Numbered from the whole stretch's first letter, positions 37,773 to 50,862 are shown. The stretch: 63,947 nucleotides of DNA, filler included, from Vicugna vicugna (GCA_013265495.1; 77 parts of 75 records of this genome joined end to end with filler, not necessarily neighbours in it); one strand, 5' to 3'. Notes: generated by a model not told the origin, from the sequence alone. Program-made: numbers and translations.

Positions 37773-38658
37773 GCCAGGGACCTATATTGGGTCCTGGGAC
37801 CATAGCCTGTACAGGGCAGAGTTGGGCTAGCGCGTCAGCAGCATCATTGCCCGGTGCCAGGGCTGGGCGGTGCCCTGGTACGTGGTAAACAGTATATTGG
37901 CCTTCTTGGCCTTTGTCCCATAACTGTTTCCACATCTGTTGTCCCCACAGGGGCCAGTGCCCAATTATCCAGTCTTGCAGGGCCCATTGGGGTATCCACA
38001 ATGTAAGGCCTCGATACACGGCCCAACTATCTGTATAAATCTGCAAGGGGCTAGGTTTATTCATTAACATCAGCCATATTGCCCATTGCCCGTAACCCAT
38101 TGGCTGGATTGGCCTTCTCCGGTCTCATACCAGAAGGCTTTAGTGGCAGGGTGCAGTGCTACTGCAACCCAAGTGGGCGGATTGCCCTTACAAGATCCAT
38201 CAGTATATCAAGCAGTTTTCGGGGGTGGCCCTTTCCCTTCATGAAAGGGACTGGGCACAGGGTCCACCCCTTGTTGTGGGAGTGTCTGTACATCAGACGC
38301 AACAAATTTTACAGGCGCTAACACCTGCTGCAACTCTGCAGCCAAGGGGCTAGCGGTGTATTGGGCTCTCTGTTCCAAATAAGCACCCCACTTCGTCAGA
38401 GTTGGGGTTTGGGCAGTTCCCGATCGGGGTTGTTTTGTCCATGTCTGTACCCATCCTGCAATAGGGCATGTGGTCTGCACTTGGACCTCTTGCCTTCCCA
38501 TCAGGGGTTCAGTGGCAATCAAGGATGTATAAGTTGCTAGCAACTGTTTTTCAATCAGAGAATAACGACATTTAGCCCCTTTCCATAACTGAGACCAGAA
38601 TCTTATGGGCACCTTCCGCTGCCCATGTTTCTGCCATAAGCCCCAGCCATATCCATCA
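37773..38658 (-). mobile_element. pol: Class III (ERV-L/HERV-S-like) ERV pol fragment: RT connection and RNase H, disabled
   Basis: WGLWQK..PIRFWSQLWKGA..RYSLIEKQLLA; *YTDGS (TGA in place of W at 38208-38210); IYTDSWAV; YHVPGH..PGNDAADALA. Frameshift near 38080-38100 including a GGGCAAT duplication. Confidence 0.9.
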
Positions 38659-38758
38659 NNNNNNNNNNNNNNNNNNNNNNNNNNNNNNNNNNNNNNNNNN
38701 NNTTAATTAATTAANNNNNNNNNNNNNNNNNNNNNNNNNNNNNNNNNNNNNNNNNNNN

Positions 38759-39184
38759 CTTTCCATATTCTAAATTCTGAGTTTTATATTCTCTATTATA
38801 TATCCTATATGCTGTGTTTTTTATTCTATTTTCGAGATCCCATATTCTGCATACCGTAATCTATATTCTATATACTGTGTTCTACTTTCTATATTCTAAT
38901 TCCCATATTCAGTATTTTGTATTCTATATTCTAAATTCTGTGTTCTGCAATCCATGTTCTAGATACTGGGTTCTAGATTCTCTATTCTATACTCTAAATT
39001 CTGTGTCCTGCATTCTATATTCTAAATTTTAAAATTTTATATTCAGTATTCTGTATTCAATATTCTTAATTCTGTGTTCTGATTCCATTTCTAAATCCTG
39101 ATTTCTATATTCTCATTTATATATTGTATATTTTGTGTACTTATTTCTATAAACTACATTCTATATTCAGCATTCCGTATTTAT
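38759..39184 (-). repeat. Satellite E (7-bp AGAATAT-type units), diverged
   Basis: ATATTCT/GTGTTCT/AAATTCT heptamers. Confidence 0.9.
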
Positions 39185-39284
39185 NNNNNNNNNNNNNNNN
39201 NNNNNNNNNNNNNNNNNNNNNNNNNNNNTTAATTAATTAANNNNNNNNNNNNNNNNNNNNNNNNNNNNNNNNNNNNNNNNNNNN

Positions 39285-39730
39285 GTGCTGAACATTTAAT
39301 GTAAATCGAGTCACTTCATGTAAGTGGAATAGTCTATTGTGACTTACTTCTTTCACACTGAGTAACGTGTTCAATGTTTGACCACGTTGTGGCCTGGGTC
39401 AGTACTCTATGCTTTGCTATTGCTGAATAATATTCCACTGTATGGCTGAGACCCTCTGTTTACCCATTCATCACGTGATAGACATTTGGGTTGTTTCTGT
39501 TTTTTGACTCTGACTAGTAATGGAGCCGTGAATATTCCTGTAGGAGTTTTTATGTGGACATTTGTTTTCAGTTCTCTTACGTGTGTGCCCAGAGAGCAGA
39601 ATTGCTGGGTCATTCATAAACCAAATGTTCAACTCTCTGAGGACCTGCCAGGCTGTTTTCTAAAGTGGCCACGCTGTGTTACATCCTCACCAGCAAGGGC
39701 TGCGTGCTCCGCTTCCTCTGTGTCCTCATT
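39285..39730 (-). mobile_element. Old L1M 3'-region fragment
   Basis: ATTGCTGAATAATATTCCACTGTATGG...GACATTTGGGTTGTTTC...GAATTGCTGGGTCAT. Confidence 0.75.
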
Positions 39731-40878
39731 NNNNNNNNNNNNNNNNNNNNNNNNNNNNNNNNNNNNNNNNNNNNNNNNNNNNNNNNNNNNNNNNNNNNNN
39801 NNNNNNNNNNNNNNNNNNNNNNNNNNNNNNNNNNNNNNNNNNNNNNNNNNNNNNNNNNNNNNNNNNNNNNNNNNNNNNNNNNNNNNNNNNNNNNNNNNNN
39901 NNNNNNNNNNNNNNNNNNNNNNNNNNNNNNNNNNNNNNNNNNNNNNNNNNNNNNNNNNNNNNNNNNNNNNNNNNNNNNNNNNNNNNNNNNNNNNNNNNNN
40001 NNNNNNNNNNNNNNNNNNNNNNNNNNNNNNNNNNNNNNNNNNNNNNNNNNNNNNNNNNNNNNNNNNNNNNNNNNNNNNNNNNNNNNNNNNNNNNNNNNNN
40101 NNNNNNNNNNNNNNNNNNNNNNNNNNNNNNNNNNNNNNNNNNNNNNNNNNNNNNNNNNNNNNNNNNNNNNNNNNNNNNNNNNNNNNNNNNNNNNNNNNNN
40201 NNNNNNNNNNNNNNNNNNNNNNNNNNNNNNNNNNNNNNNNNNNNNNNNNNNNNNNNNNNNNNNNNNNNNNNNNNNNNNNNNNNNNNNNNNNNNNNNNNNN
40301 NNNNNNNNNNNNNNNNNNNNNNNNNNNNNNNNNNNNNNNNNNNNNNNNNNNNNNNNNNNNNNNNNNNNNNNNNNNNTTTTTGATTTCTTGTTAGTTTGTT
40401 TTCTCATTGGGGACCTCATCACCTCATTTTCCTTTCGGATATCAGTGTAGGTTTATTTTAGGTCTCATGTAGGCAGAAGCATTGCTGACATTTAACTTCT
40501 TTATTACTCACTCTCCAGTGATGATTGTTGCTAATTGACTTAATCAAGTCATCCTTAAGTCTTTCCTGCTCATGACACTAAAAACAGAGTCATGACTTAC
40601 AGAATGCTCAAAGAAAAAAGTTCTTGAGTGATTTTATTTTTCTAACCAATCAAATAAAAACCACGGTGTTGACACAGATTACAAGCTTTCCAGAATAGGG
40701 TCATTGTCTTCCTTGGGTTTCATTTGTTTGGTTACAGTGTCTGGATAGTGCCATGCTGTCCAGCAGTTTTGTTAGGATNNNNNNNNNNNNNNNNNNNNNN
40801 NNNNNNNNNNNNNNNNNNNNNNTTAATTAATTAANNNNNNNNNNNNNNNNNNNNNNNNNNNNNNNNNNNNNNNNNNNN

Positions 40879-40975
40879 TGAGGCACGGAGAGAGTAAGTA
40901 AGTTGACCAAGGTCACAGAACTACTAAGTGGCAGAGCTGGTATTTAAACCTACGCTGTCTGGTTTCCAGGCTCCC
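40879..40975. mobile_element. MIR fragment
   Basis: TGAGGCAC.GAGAG.GTAAGTAA.TTG.CCAAGGTCACAGA.CTA.TAAGTGGCAGAGCTGG.ATTT.AACC matches the MIR core. Confidence 0.8.
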
Positions 40976-42936
40976 AGGGATGGGCTTTGGGTGTTTAGAT
41001 GTATCTGCATCCCTGGATCTCTGTACCTCTGTGCATCAGTTAGCCCAGAAAGGACAGGGAAAGGAGAGTTACACAGGTGCTCACAGTCGTGTCTCGGCCA
41101 CTGTCCAAGGAGAGTGCACTGTGATTGNNNNNNNNNNNNNNNNNNNNNNNNNNNNNNNNNNNNNNNNNNNNNNNNNNNNNNNNNNNNNNNNNNNNNNNNN
41201 NNNNNNNNNNNNNNNNNNNNNNNNNNNNNNNNNNNNNNNNNNNNNNNNNNNNNNNNNNNNNNNNNNNNNNNNNNNNNNNNNNNNNNNNNNNNNNNNNNNN
41301 NNNNNNNNNNNNNNNNNNNNNNNNNNNNNNNNNNNNNNNNNNNNNNNNNNNNNNNNNNNNNNNNNNNNNNNNNNNNNNNNNNNNNNNNNNNNNNNNNNNN
41401 NNNNNNNNNNNNNNNNNNNNNNNNNNNNNNNNNNNNNNNNNNNNNNNNNNNNNNNNNNNNNNNNNNNNNNNNGACCTGGCTGTTTCCAACTTCCTCACTG
41501 ATATCCCCCAAGAGCGGGGTCCTCTCCCACCCCCGGATGTGAGTCTGGGAGCTCTCTGAGTAGGCCAGTCAGAGGCCAAGTCCACCAATNNNNNNNNNNN
41601 NNNNNNNNNNNNNNNNNNNNNNNNNNNNNNNNNTTAATTAATTAANNNNNNNNNNNNNNNNNNNNNNNNNNNNNNNNNNNNNNNNNNNNAGCAAAGTGCG
41701 TGGTGATTATGGCCGACATCTGTTTACTAGGTAAGTGCCCGTGACCGCTGCAGCTGAATGGGGAATGAGTATGATCAACGAGGCTGAGTCAACCGGATCA
41801 CATGCGCCCTCCCTTCCTGCCTTGGTGCAGAAGCGGAGATTGTTTAGCTGAAATGAACGCCCCCAGAGCAGCCCCGATGGGAAAGCTCCCAGCGCTGCAA
41901 GGCGAGGCGTGTTACTTTCCTTCTCAGAGCTGATCAGAGTTTGCAGTCGTCTGTTTTTACATTTATCCCTTTAGTACCTGCTTCTCCTCCAGAGTTTTTG
42001 CTTAAGCAGCACAGGTCCAGGTATGTGTTGCTCCCTGCTGGATATTCTGGACAGGAAAGGCGACCCCACGTCTGGCTCTGGGGCTGATCGGAGAAGGCAG
42101 AAGGCCCAGGGGCCCATGCTGAACCGAGGCTCCTGCACCCAAAATTATGGTCTGACTTTGGGCAAATTACACAGTCTTCTTTACCCTAAGATTCCTCATG
42201 TGTCCATGAAAATAACTGCCCATGGCACATAGAGTTTCAAGGATTAAAGGAAATCACCAAATTCACAACCTATTCAAGGGGCTACCAGTGTGTCCTCAAN
42301 NNNNNNNNNNNNNNNNNNNNNNNNNNNNNNNNNNNNNNNNNNNNNNNNNNNNNNNNNNNNNNNNNNNNNNNNNNNNNNNNNNNNNNNNNNNNNNNNNNNN
42401 NNNNNNNNNNNNNNNNNNNNNNNNNNNNNNNNNNNNNNNNNNNNNNNNNNNNNNNNNNNNNNNNNNNNNNNNNNNNNNNNNNNNNNNNNNNNNNNNNNNN
42501 NNNNNNNNNNNNNNNNNNNNNNNNNNNNNNNNNNNNNNNNNNNNNNNNNNNNNNNNNNNNNNNNNNNNNNNNNCCACCTGACCACTTGCCTATGAAATCC
42601 ACCTGTCCAATACACAAGTTTGAACAGGCCAGCTCTTAAAATGCAATGTATACCACCGTTTGTCAATGTTGGTTAATTACCATAAACTGTTCTCAGAAAG
42701 CGCTACAGAAAAGACAGGTGGACCCACATCCCTGCCAACAAGGAAGAGGAATTCTGCTTTGCATTCTCCTGTAATGTGCAGAAACCCTTCTCTACACCAC
42801 CAAATTCAAATGTTTGCTTCATCCGTGTTTATGTTTNNNNNNNNNNNNNNNNNNNNNNNNNNNNNNNNNNNNNNNNNNNNTTAATTAATTAANNNNNNNN
42901 NNNNNNNNNNNNNNNNNNNNNNNNNNNNNNNNNNNN

Positions 42937-44079
42937 TCAAAGAGAGATTTTAAAGTATTAAGTTTCATTTGGCATGTTAAATAACATGGGAGGTATTGTC
43001 AAATGAATAATACATCTTCCTAGGTTATAGTGTGAGAGAAAATATTATTAATATAGATATTCTAGGAATTATATGGACTCCCTAAAATTCTGGTATATCT
43101 GAAATGTTACCAGTCATAATTNNNNNNNNNNNNNNNNNNNNNNNNNNNNNNNNNNNNNNNNNNNNNNNNNNNNNNNNNNNNNNNNNNNNNNNNNNNNNNN
43201 NNNNNNNNNNNNNNNNNNNNNNNNNNNNNNNNNNNNNNNNNNNNNNNNNNNNNNNNNNNNNNNNNNNNNNNNNNNNNNNNNNNNNNNNNNNNNNNNNNNN
43301 NNNNNNNNNNNNNNNNNNNNNNNNNNNNNNNNNNNNNNNNNNNNNNNNNNNNNNNNNNNNNNNNNNNNNNNNNNNNNNNNNNNNNNNNNNNNNNNNNNNN
43401 NNNNNNNNNNNNNNNNNNNNNNNNNNNNNNNNNNNNNNNNNNNNNNNNNNNNNNNNNNNNNNNNNNNNNNNNNNNNNNNNNNNNNNNNNNNNNNNNNNNN
43501 NNNNNNNNNNNNNNNNNNNNNNNNNNNNNNNNNNNNNNNNNNNNNNNNNNNNNNNNNNNNNNNNNNNNNNNNNNNNNNNNNNNNNNNNNNNNNNNCTCCT
43601 AACAGGTATAGGAATCTCAAGGTATTTTAAGGACTTCAAAAAGAAAAGAATTTACCTAAATCTGTTAGGCAGAAATCTATGACAAGCCCTTGACGGGGAT
43701 TTCCTGGCCTTAGAAAACCTTATTAACATTCTAGCTTAAAAGTCCTTATTAAAAGTTCCAACACTGCCAATTTAAGAAAAGCCTATATGATCAAATAATC
43801 AGACTTAACTTGGAAACAAATTCACTTTGACTTGACTATATTTGATAAAATTGAGGGAACTTTAGAGAGAAAAAGATTATATTTTAGTGGATATTATATT
43901 CTAGTTTTGTTAATTGAGGTCTATATTCAGTAAGACACTTCCCAGATCATTCCTTGCTGTTATGTTACAATGCTGCAAAGTTTAATTGAATTATTAAAAG
44001 GACACTATATGTTTCTTTCTGAAGCTTAGTAATGTATCCTTGGTTAAAGATCCAATGCCCCATGACCTGCGGCGAGGGG
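42937..44079 (+). mobile_element. Possible ERV1 internal non-coding segment, gapped
   Basis: AT-rich; AAAAGTTCCA.CA..GCCAATTTAAGAAAAGCCTATATG.TCAA resembles MER4-group internal sequence by recall only. Confidence 0.4.
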
Positions 44080-44939
44080 NNNNNNNNNNNNNNNNNNNNN
44101 NNNNNNNNNNNNNNNNNNNNNNNTTAATTAATTAANNNNNNNNNNNNNNNNNNNNNNNNNNNNNNNNNNNNNNNNNNNNCAACTCATTGAGCAGGGAGCT
44201 GGTAGAGTGGAGGCTGGAGGTCTGTTAAGAGTGGAAGGATAGGAATGGGAAAGGGGAGTGGGCAGGATGCGCTTTTTTAGCTTCTCACTTAAAGTTATTT
44301 TGAAAAATACCAGTCTTCTCTGGATTAACAGGAAGAGGGTAGTTTTGTCTACGGGCAGGGTGAGGGACAGGAGGTCCTGGTAATGAGGTAAAATGATGAT
44401 GGCTGGGCTTTTCAGGAGGGGGTGCTGAGAGAGAAAAATTAGCAGGTCTCTGGCTTCCATGCTGGTCCATCCGGCTAGCACTTAGCTTCTTCCAGGCTGT
44501 TGGATAGATGGGGTGGGTGGGGTAACTTTCTTTCCTAAACCAACCAGTCCAGTTTGTCCTCAGGAAACCCAGGTCCCTGCTGCTCCTTTCCTTCACCATA
44601 CCCCCAAGTGGAGGGCACCCTTCTTTCCCCAAGGATGGGCACTGCAGGGTAGTCGCATGGGCCAGATGTGCAAATGGACTGTGCAACTTTGAGTCCAAAT
44701 GGTTGGACCAGATATAGGATAGGTATGTGTGCATTCTGTGACTCTGCACTGAGCCCCTATAAATTCACTGCCAGTCCATCAGTCAGGAGTCTCACCTCAG
44801 TGCGTAGTCAGCGAAGACACGTGGCTTGGGTGGCTTATANNNNNNNNNNNNNNNNNNNNNNNNNNNNNNNNNNNNNNNNNNNNTTAATTAATTAANNNNN
44901 NNNNNNNNNNNNNNNNNNNNNNNNNNNNNNNNNNNNNNN

Positions 44940-45947
44940 ATCCCCCACGCACTGACAATTGTTTCCAAATCCTGAGCGTGGGAAAGTTTCACCAACGATT
45001 GGTAGAGCGTGGGTTCAAACGGAATGCCTAAGCTCGTCTCCCCTGAAAGTTTTCCTTATTTCTGGCTGCCTGGGAATGCTAGGGATCTGCCCTGGAATGC
45101 CCAGGGTCCGGGGCTGCCACCCCAATGTCAGGGAATATATTTCTCGGACTTCCCCCTAACAGGGAACAACTGTGACTGAAGACAGCTGCGTGGAGTTGCC
45201 TTTTGCACTCACCCACGCTCTGATTATGGTTCAGGAATCCCGAAATTGGGGAGGTTACACCAACGGTCGGCAGCGCGTGGGTTCTAANNNNNNNNNNNNN
45301 NNNNNNNNNNNNNNNNNNNNNNNNNNNNNNNNNNNNNNNNNNNNNNNNNNNNNNNNNNNNNNNNNNNNNNNNNNNNNNNNNNNNNCCCCAAGGTCAGGGA
45401 AGGTATTTCTCGGACTTCCCCATAACAGGGAACACCTGTGACTGAAGAGAGCTGCGTGGAGTTGTCTCTCGAGCTCCCACACGCTCTGATTATTGTTCCG
45501 GAATCCTGAGCATGGGGAGGTTCCACCAACTGTCGGCAGCGCGTGGGTCCAAACGGAATGCCTAAGTTCGTCTCCCCTGAAGGTTTTCCGAATGTCTCTC
45601 TGCCAGGGAATGCTAGGAGTGTTTGCAAGTATTCCCAGTGACAGAGGCTACCTCCCCAATGTCAGAGAAGTTATTTCTCGGACTTCACCCTAACACGGAA
45701 CAGCTGTGACTGAAGAGAGCTGCGTGGAGTTGTCTCTCGATCTCCCCCACGCTCTGTTTATGGTTCCGGAATCCTGAGCGTTTGCAGGTTCCCTAACGGT
45801 GTGTAGCACGTGCGTTCTAATAGAATGCCTAAGCTCGTCTCTCCTGAGGGTTTTCATAATGTCTGGCTTCCAGGAAATGCTAGGGATCTGCGCTGGAATG
45901 CTCAGGGTCAGCGGCTGCCACCCCAATGTCAGGGAAGATATTTCTCG
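44940..45947 (+). repeat. Satellite C, more diverged subtype, gapped
   Basis: Same 267-bp motif order; variant monomer at 45061 and 45862. Confidence 0.93.
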
Positions 45948-46047
45948 NNNNNNNNNNNNNNNNNNNNNNNNNNNNNNNNNNNNNNNNNNNNTTAATTAAT
46001 TAANNNNNNNNNNNNNNNNNNNNNNNNNNNNNNNNNNNNNNNNNNNN

Positions 46048-46344
46048 GATTGCTTGTTATCTAAAGAAAGCGAGGTATCTCAAGTTCAAGAAATTAGTAC
46101 TTTTGTAAGTATGAGAGGAAGCAAATATTTGGACTCACTGAATTCATTTTTTAGACAAGCACCTAGCTATCTCGGGCCAGTAGCCTGTCCTTTCTTATTC
46201 TGAGTCTGCTCAGACGACACCATTGTGAGTTGCTGTAGCAGCTGGGCTGCAGGCCTGTCCTAGCTGGGGGAGGTGGCGGCAGCCTTTAATGACTTGGTTT
46301 CAGTATTCTTTGTTTACTGTCATGGTTGCAGTATTCTCATTCAC
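46048..46344 (-). mobile_element. ERV1 LTR fragment (artiodactyl type)
   Basis: CTCAAGTT.AAGAA.TTAG..CTTTT.TA.GTATG...GCAA....T.TGG.CTCACTGAA.TCATT...GCACCT.GCTATCT.GGGCCAGTA.CCTGT, ending TTCACA (TGTGAA start on minus). Confidence 0.6.
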
Positions 46345-47446
46345 ATTGTAGTATTTTCGTTCACAGACTGATTATGGATAATCTGCAACCTTGTAAAGCA
46401 ATCGAGATGGAATTACTGCAGGTACCTTTTGCTTTAATAAGCCGTGTACAAACATAAACATGGAGGAAGCATACACTTGGATTTGGTGGTGCAGGGAAGG
46501 GTTTCTGCACATTATAGGAGAACGCAATGCAGAATTCCTTAAGTCCACCTTTCTTTACTGTAGTGGTTTCTGAGAACAGTTTATGGTAATTAAACAACAT
46601 TGACAAACGGTGGCACACATTGCATTTAAGAGATGGCCTGCTGAAAACTTGTATATTGGACAGGTGGAATTCATAGGCAAGTGGTCAGGTGGATGGGAGA
46701 GAGATGGAGCCAAGGCCTGAGCCCAGATTCCGGTTTAAATCGCCATTTCTTCAACATAGGGCCTTNNNNNNNNNNNNNNNNNNNNNNNNNNNNNNNNNNN
46801 NNNNNNNNNTTAATTAATTAANNNNNNNNNNNNNNNNNNNNNNNNNNNNNNNNNNNNNNNNNNNNAGTTTTGTAAAGATGTATGTTCTCATTAAATAATT
46901 CAAAACTTACCAAAAAATCCCATGAAAAATCCAATCTGATTTTTTTTAACTTGATCAAAATATTTTGGAATTCTTCAGGAATAATAAAGTCATAATACTG
47001 GACAAGAAAATTTGGGATGGAAGAAAAGAATCAAAAAAAATTCAGACTGACAATTATTAAATAAATTTTTACAATATGTAAGATATGGTGCTGGAGTAAG
47101 TAAGGCAGATTGACAGAAGNNNNNNNNNNNNNNNNNNNNNNNNNNNNNNNNNNNNNNNNNNNGTACAGGTGGATTCCAAATCAAAGAGAAAAGTATGACT
47201 TCAATAATTGTCCTGAGACAATCAGAGAATCACCTGTGAAGAATAAATTCTATACCTCTCATAAAGACCACAAGATAAATTACAGACCGTGATGTAAATA
47301 TTAAAAAAGTACTAATAACAGCAAATAAAACACTTTGCTCTTATTANNNNNNNNNNNNNNNNNNNNNNNNNNNNNNNNNNNNNNNNNNNNTTAATTAATT
47401 AANNNNNNNNNNNNNNNNNNNNNNNNNNNNNNNNNNNNNNNNNNNN

Positions 47447-48376
47447 AATACTTGATTTAGAGCCCAATCCCCACTTTCCCCCACTCTCCAGTCTAGGCAT
47501 GCCGTCAGGTAAGACAATCTAAGGGATTCTATTAGAACCCAGACGCTGCTGTCATTTGGAGGAGCCTCCCCACAGTCAGGATACCTGAGCACGTCTCCGT
47601 GTGTGTGATGGCGGTGGGGAAACAGATTCCATGCATCTTTATGGGGCACAGGTGTTCCCAAAGAGGGAATGTAATTTTAAAACCTTCACTGCCCATAGAG
47701 AGGCACTCGCTATTACTTGGATTTAGAGCCCAACCCCCACCTTCGCTCCCATCCCGTCCTTGGAAAACACTCAGGGAAAGTATCCTAAGGGATCCTATTT
47801 GAACCCAGATGCTGCTGCCAGTGAGAAGTGCCTCCCCACACTCAGGATACCAGAACAATTCTTCATGTGTGTGCTGGAGGTGGGGAAACAGAATCCACGC
47901 ATTTTCAAGGAGCACAGGTATTCCAAGTTTGTGGGATTTTGGTGAATAATTTCCTCTCCCCATGGAGAAGCACTCGCTAATACTTGGATTTATAGCCCAA
48001 CCCCCAATTTCCCCCGCACTCCGCCCTTGCAAGCCATCATTGAAGACAAGTAAATGTATTGAATTAGAACCCAGGCGCTGCTGTTAGTTGGAGGAACCTC
48101 CCCACACTCAAAACATCTGAGCCAGATATCGTGTGTGTGCTGGAGGAGGGTAACTGAGTCCACACATCTTTATGGGGGCACAGGTGTTCCCAGGTGGTGG
48201 ATATACTTTAACCACCTCCACTGCCAAAAGATAGGAACTCGCTAATTCTTGGTTTTAGAGCACATCCCATAACTTAGCTCAAAACCCGACCAACCCATTA
48301 CTTCGCTCAAAACACCACCAAGGAAAATACCCAGGGAAGTCAATATAATGGATCCAATTAGATCCCAGGTGCTATT
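47447..48376 (-). repeat. Satellite B (~3.5 monomers)
   Basis: GCTGCTG anchors at 47545, 47811 and 48077 (266 bp). Confidence 0.92.
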
Positions 48377-49430
48377 NNNNNNNNNNNNNNNNNNNNNNNN
48401 NNNNNNNNNNNNNNNNNNNNTTAATTAATTAANNNNNNNNNNNNNNNNNNNNNNNNNNNNNNNNNNNNNNNNNNNNACGAAAATGAAGTTATTTTTTGAA
48501 ACACACTCAATCGACTTAGAACCCAGACTTGTCAATTTTCTAACATTTTGTCAGCTCTACGTAAAACCTAGACAGATAGAATGCAAACTAGCAGTCCAAA
48601 CTATTAAAGGGGTCATGTCAGCTCTTTACGGTTGAAGCCTCTGAACCCAACAGGAACCATGAAATAACTATTGGAAACATGAAATAACCCCAACCTTGGA
48701 TACACTTGNNNNNNNNNNNNNNNNNNNNNNNNNNNNNNNNNNNNNNNNNNNNNNNNNNNNNNNNNNNNNNNNNNNNNNNNNNNNNNNNNNNNNNNNNNNN
48801 NNNNNNNNNNNNNNNNNNNNNNNNNNNNNNNNNNNNNNNNNNNNNNNNNNNNNNNNNNNNNNNNNNNNNNNNNNNNNNNNNNNNNNNNNNNNNNNNNNNN
48901 NNNNNNNNNNNNNNNNNNNNNNNNNNNNNNNNNNNNNNNNNNNNNNNNNNNNNNNNNNNNNNNNNNNNNNNNNNNNNNNNNNNNNNNNNNNNNNNNNNNN
49001 NNNNNNNNNNNNNNNNNNNNNNNNNNNNNNNNNNNNNNNNNNNNATAGCTGTGTCTTTAATGTCATTGGCGACTTTTACAGTTCAGTTCACTATCTGATT
49101 CTAATATTTACCTAGACTGTCTTGAAAAACTGAGGCCTAATACATATTCAAGTTCAGTCAAAGATTCCCCTCACTTACCACACTCCCTTCACCCCAGATT
49201 ATATAAACCCATCATTTGCGGAATCTAGTGGAAGGCCATCGTTTCTTTGTGGGAGGTAAGTATTCAATCACTATATATTTCCGTCAAGACTATTTGACCT
49301 TTAAGGAGATCACTGTTGTTCACAGAGTGTNNNNNNNNNNNNNNNNNNNNNNNNNNNNNNNNNNNNNNNNNNNNTTAATTAATTAANNNNNNNNNNNNNN
49401 NNNNNNNNNNNNNNNNNNNNNNNNNNNNNN

Positions 49431-50083
49431 TTCATGATTATTTTGGCAACTCATGATTGTTGTGTTTACATATAAGTTTTAAAATTATTTGTTTTATTTA
49501 TTGGAAAAATCTCACGGGTATTTTCAAATCAATCACACTAAATGTAGATTCCTTTGGGTAGTATGGTTGTTTCAACCACATTTTTCACATCATTAACATA
49601 AGAGATCATTTCATTTCTTTGGATCAGTTTTAATTTCCTTTATCAATATTTTCTGTGTTTTAACATTTAGGTTTTCACCATATTTGTTAACTTCATTTAT
49701 AGGTGTTCTTTACATATATATACAATTATATAAATAATAATTTTAAACTCGTTTTCTACACAAATACAGCAGGCAGAAGTCAGTGGCAAGACATATTCAA
49801 AGTCCGGAATGGAAGAAAGCTGTAATCTAAGATACTTTATCAAACAAGGCTATCTTTTAACACTTAAAGAATTTAGCAAGAGAAAAGGAAATAATGAAAG
49901 ATATACTCTAAATAAAAAAGAGGCAGGATGATATACAAAAGAGAAAGGCATAATTAGAAAGGCAACATCTACAATGATTTACACAAAATAAATATGAAGT
50001 TGTAAAAGAGGACATCAAAATTTTTAAGGTTCAGAGAGTGAAACAGGAAAATAAAGAGTGTTTTCTTCTTGTTTCTGTTCTCT
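49431..50083. mobile_element. Degenerate L1 with strand switch (minus ORF2 piece, plus ORF1 piece from ~49760)
   Basis: TAGATT.CTTTGGGTAGTATGG (ORF2, minus), then GCAGGCAGAAG.CAGTGGCAAGACATATTCAAAGT (ORF1, plus). Confidence 0.65.
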
Positions 50084-50294
50084 NNNNNNNNNNNNNNNNN
50101 NNNNNNNNNNNNNNNNNNNNNNNNNNNTTAATTAATTAANNNNNNNNNNNNNNNNNNNNNNNNNNNNNNNNNNNNNNNNNNNNATCCAGATATATTCTTG
50201 TAAGGCAAGGATTTTTTTTTTTAATTAATGTATAGAGAAGTTTACAAAGTTTTGTCAATTGCAAGGGGTTTTTTGAATTTTGAGTGAAAAAATA

Positions 50295-50420
50295 TTTTTT
50301 GAGGATGGTAATTAGGTGTATTTATTTACTTCATTTTTTAAAATGAGATACTGGGGTTTGAACCCAGGACCTCGTACATGCTGAGCATGTGCTCTACCAC
50401 TGATATATACCCTCTTTCCC
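50295..50420 (-). mobile_element. Vic-1-type camelid tRNA-derived SINE
   Basis: Minus strand reads GAGGGTATATATCAGTGGTAGAGCACATGCTCAGCATGTACGAGGTCCTGGGTTCAAACCCCAGTATCTC (A and B boxes), then AAATAAATACACCTAATTACC and an A tail. Confidence 0.88.
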
Positions 50421-50862
50421 AAGGCAAGTTTTCTTATCCATTATTATGAAACTTAGGTATTCAAATATATTGGGTATAAATCTAGATCTTTTGATCCTAC
50501 TGTAGTCCTTTTCTTTATCTTCTGCTGAAGGGGGTTGGGGAAAGCAGATCATTTGTTCATTTCTTTATTTAGCATTCTTGAGCAGTGACTTTGCATCAGG
50601 GCCTTGCTAGTTGCTTGGAAACAGAAAATAAGAAATGACCCTTCTCTGCAGGGGCAGGAAATCTAGACCAAAAGCTGGGTAATGTGATCCGAGCTACGGT
50701 AGCCATGTGCAGATTCTGAGGACAAACTGTACCCCCGGATTTGCTTTGGCTTCCCTTGCCTTCTGGCTGGTACACACCAGGTCTCCGCCACCCAAATGGG
50801 CCTGCAGCCCACATCAGAGAATGTACCTCAATCTCCTCTCCCCTCTCGGCAGGGCCTGCAAC

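Noticed and set aside
48266..48321. 28-bp tandem duplication inside satellite B (similar short duplications near 13168-13217, 14755-14795 and 63715-63743)
   Set aside because: Ordinary slippage events with no sign of function.
50345..50415. tRNA gene
   Set aside because: The tRNA-like head continues into the Vic-1 tail (AAATAAAT..CCTAATTACC, oligo-A), so it is a SINE.
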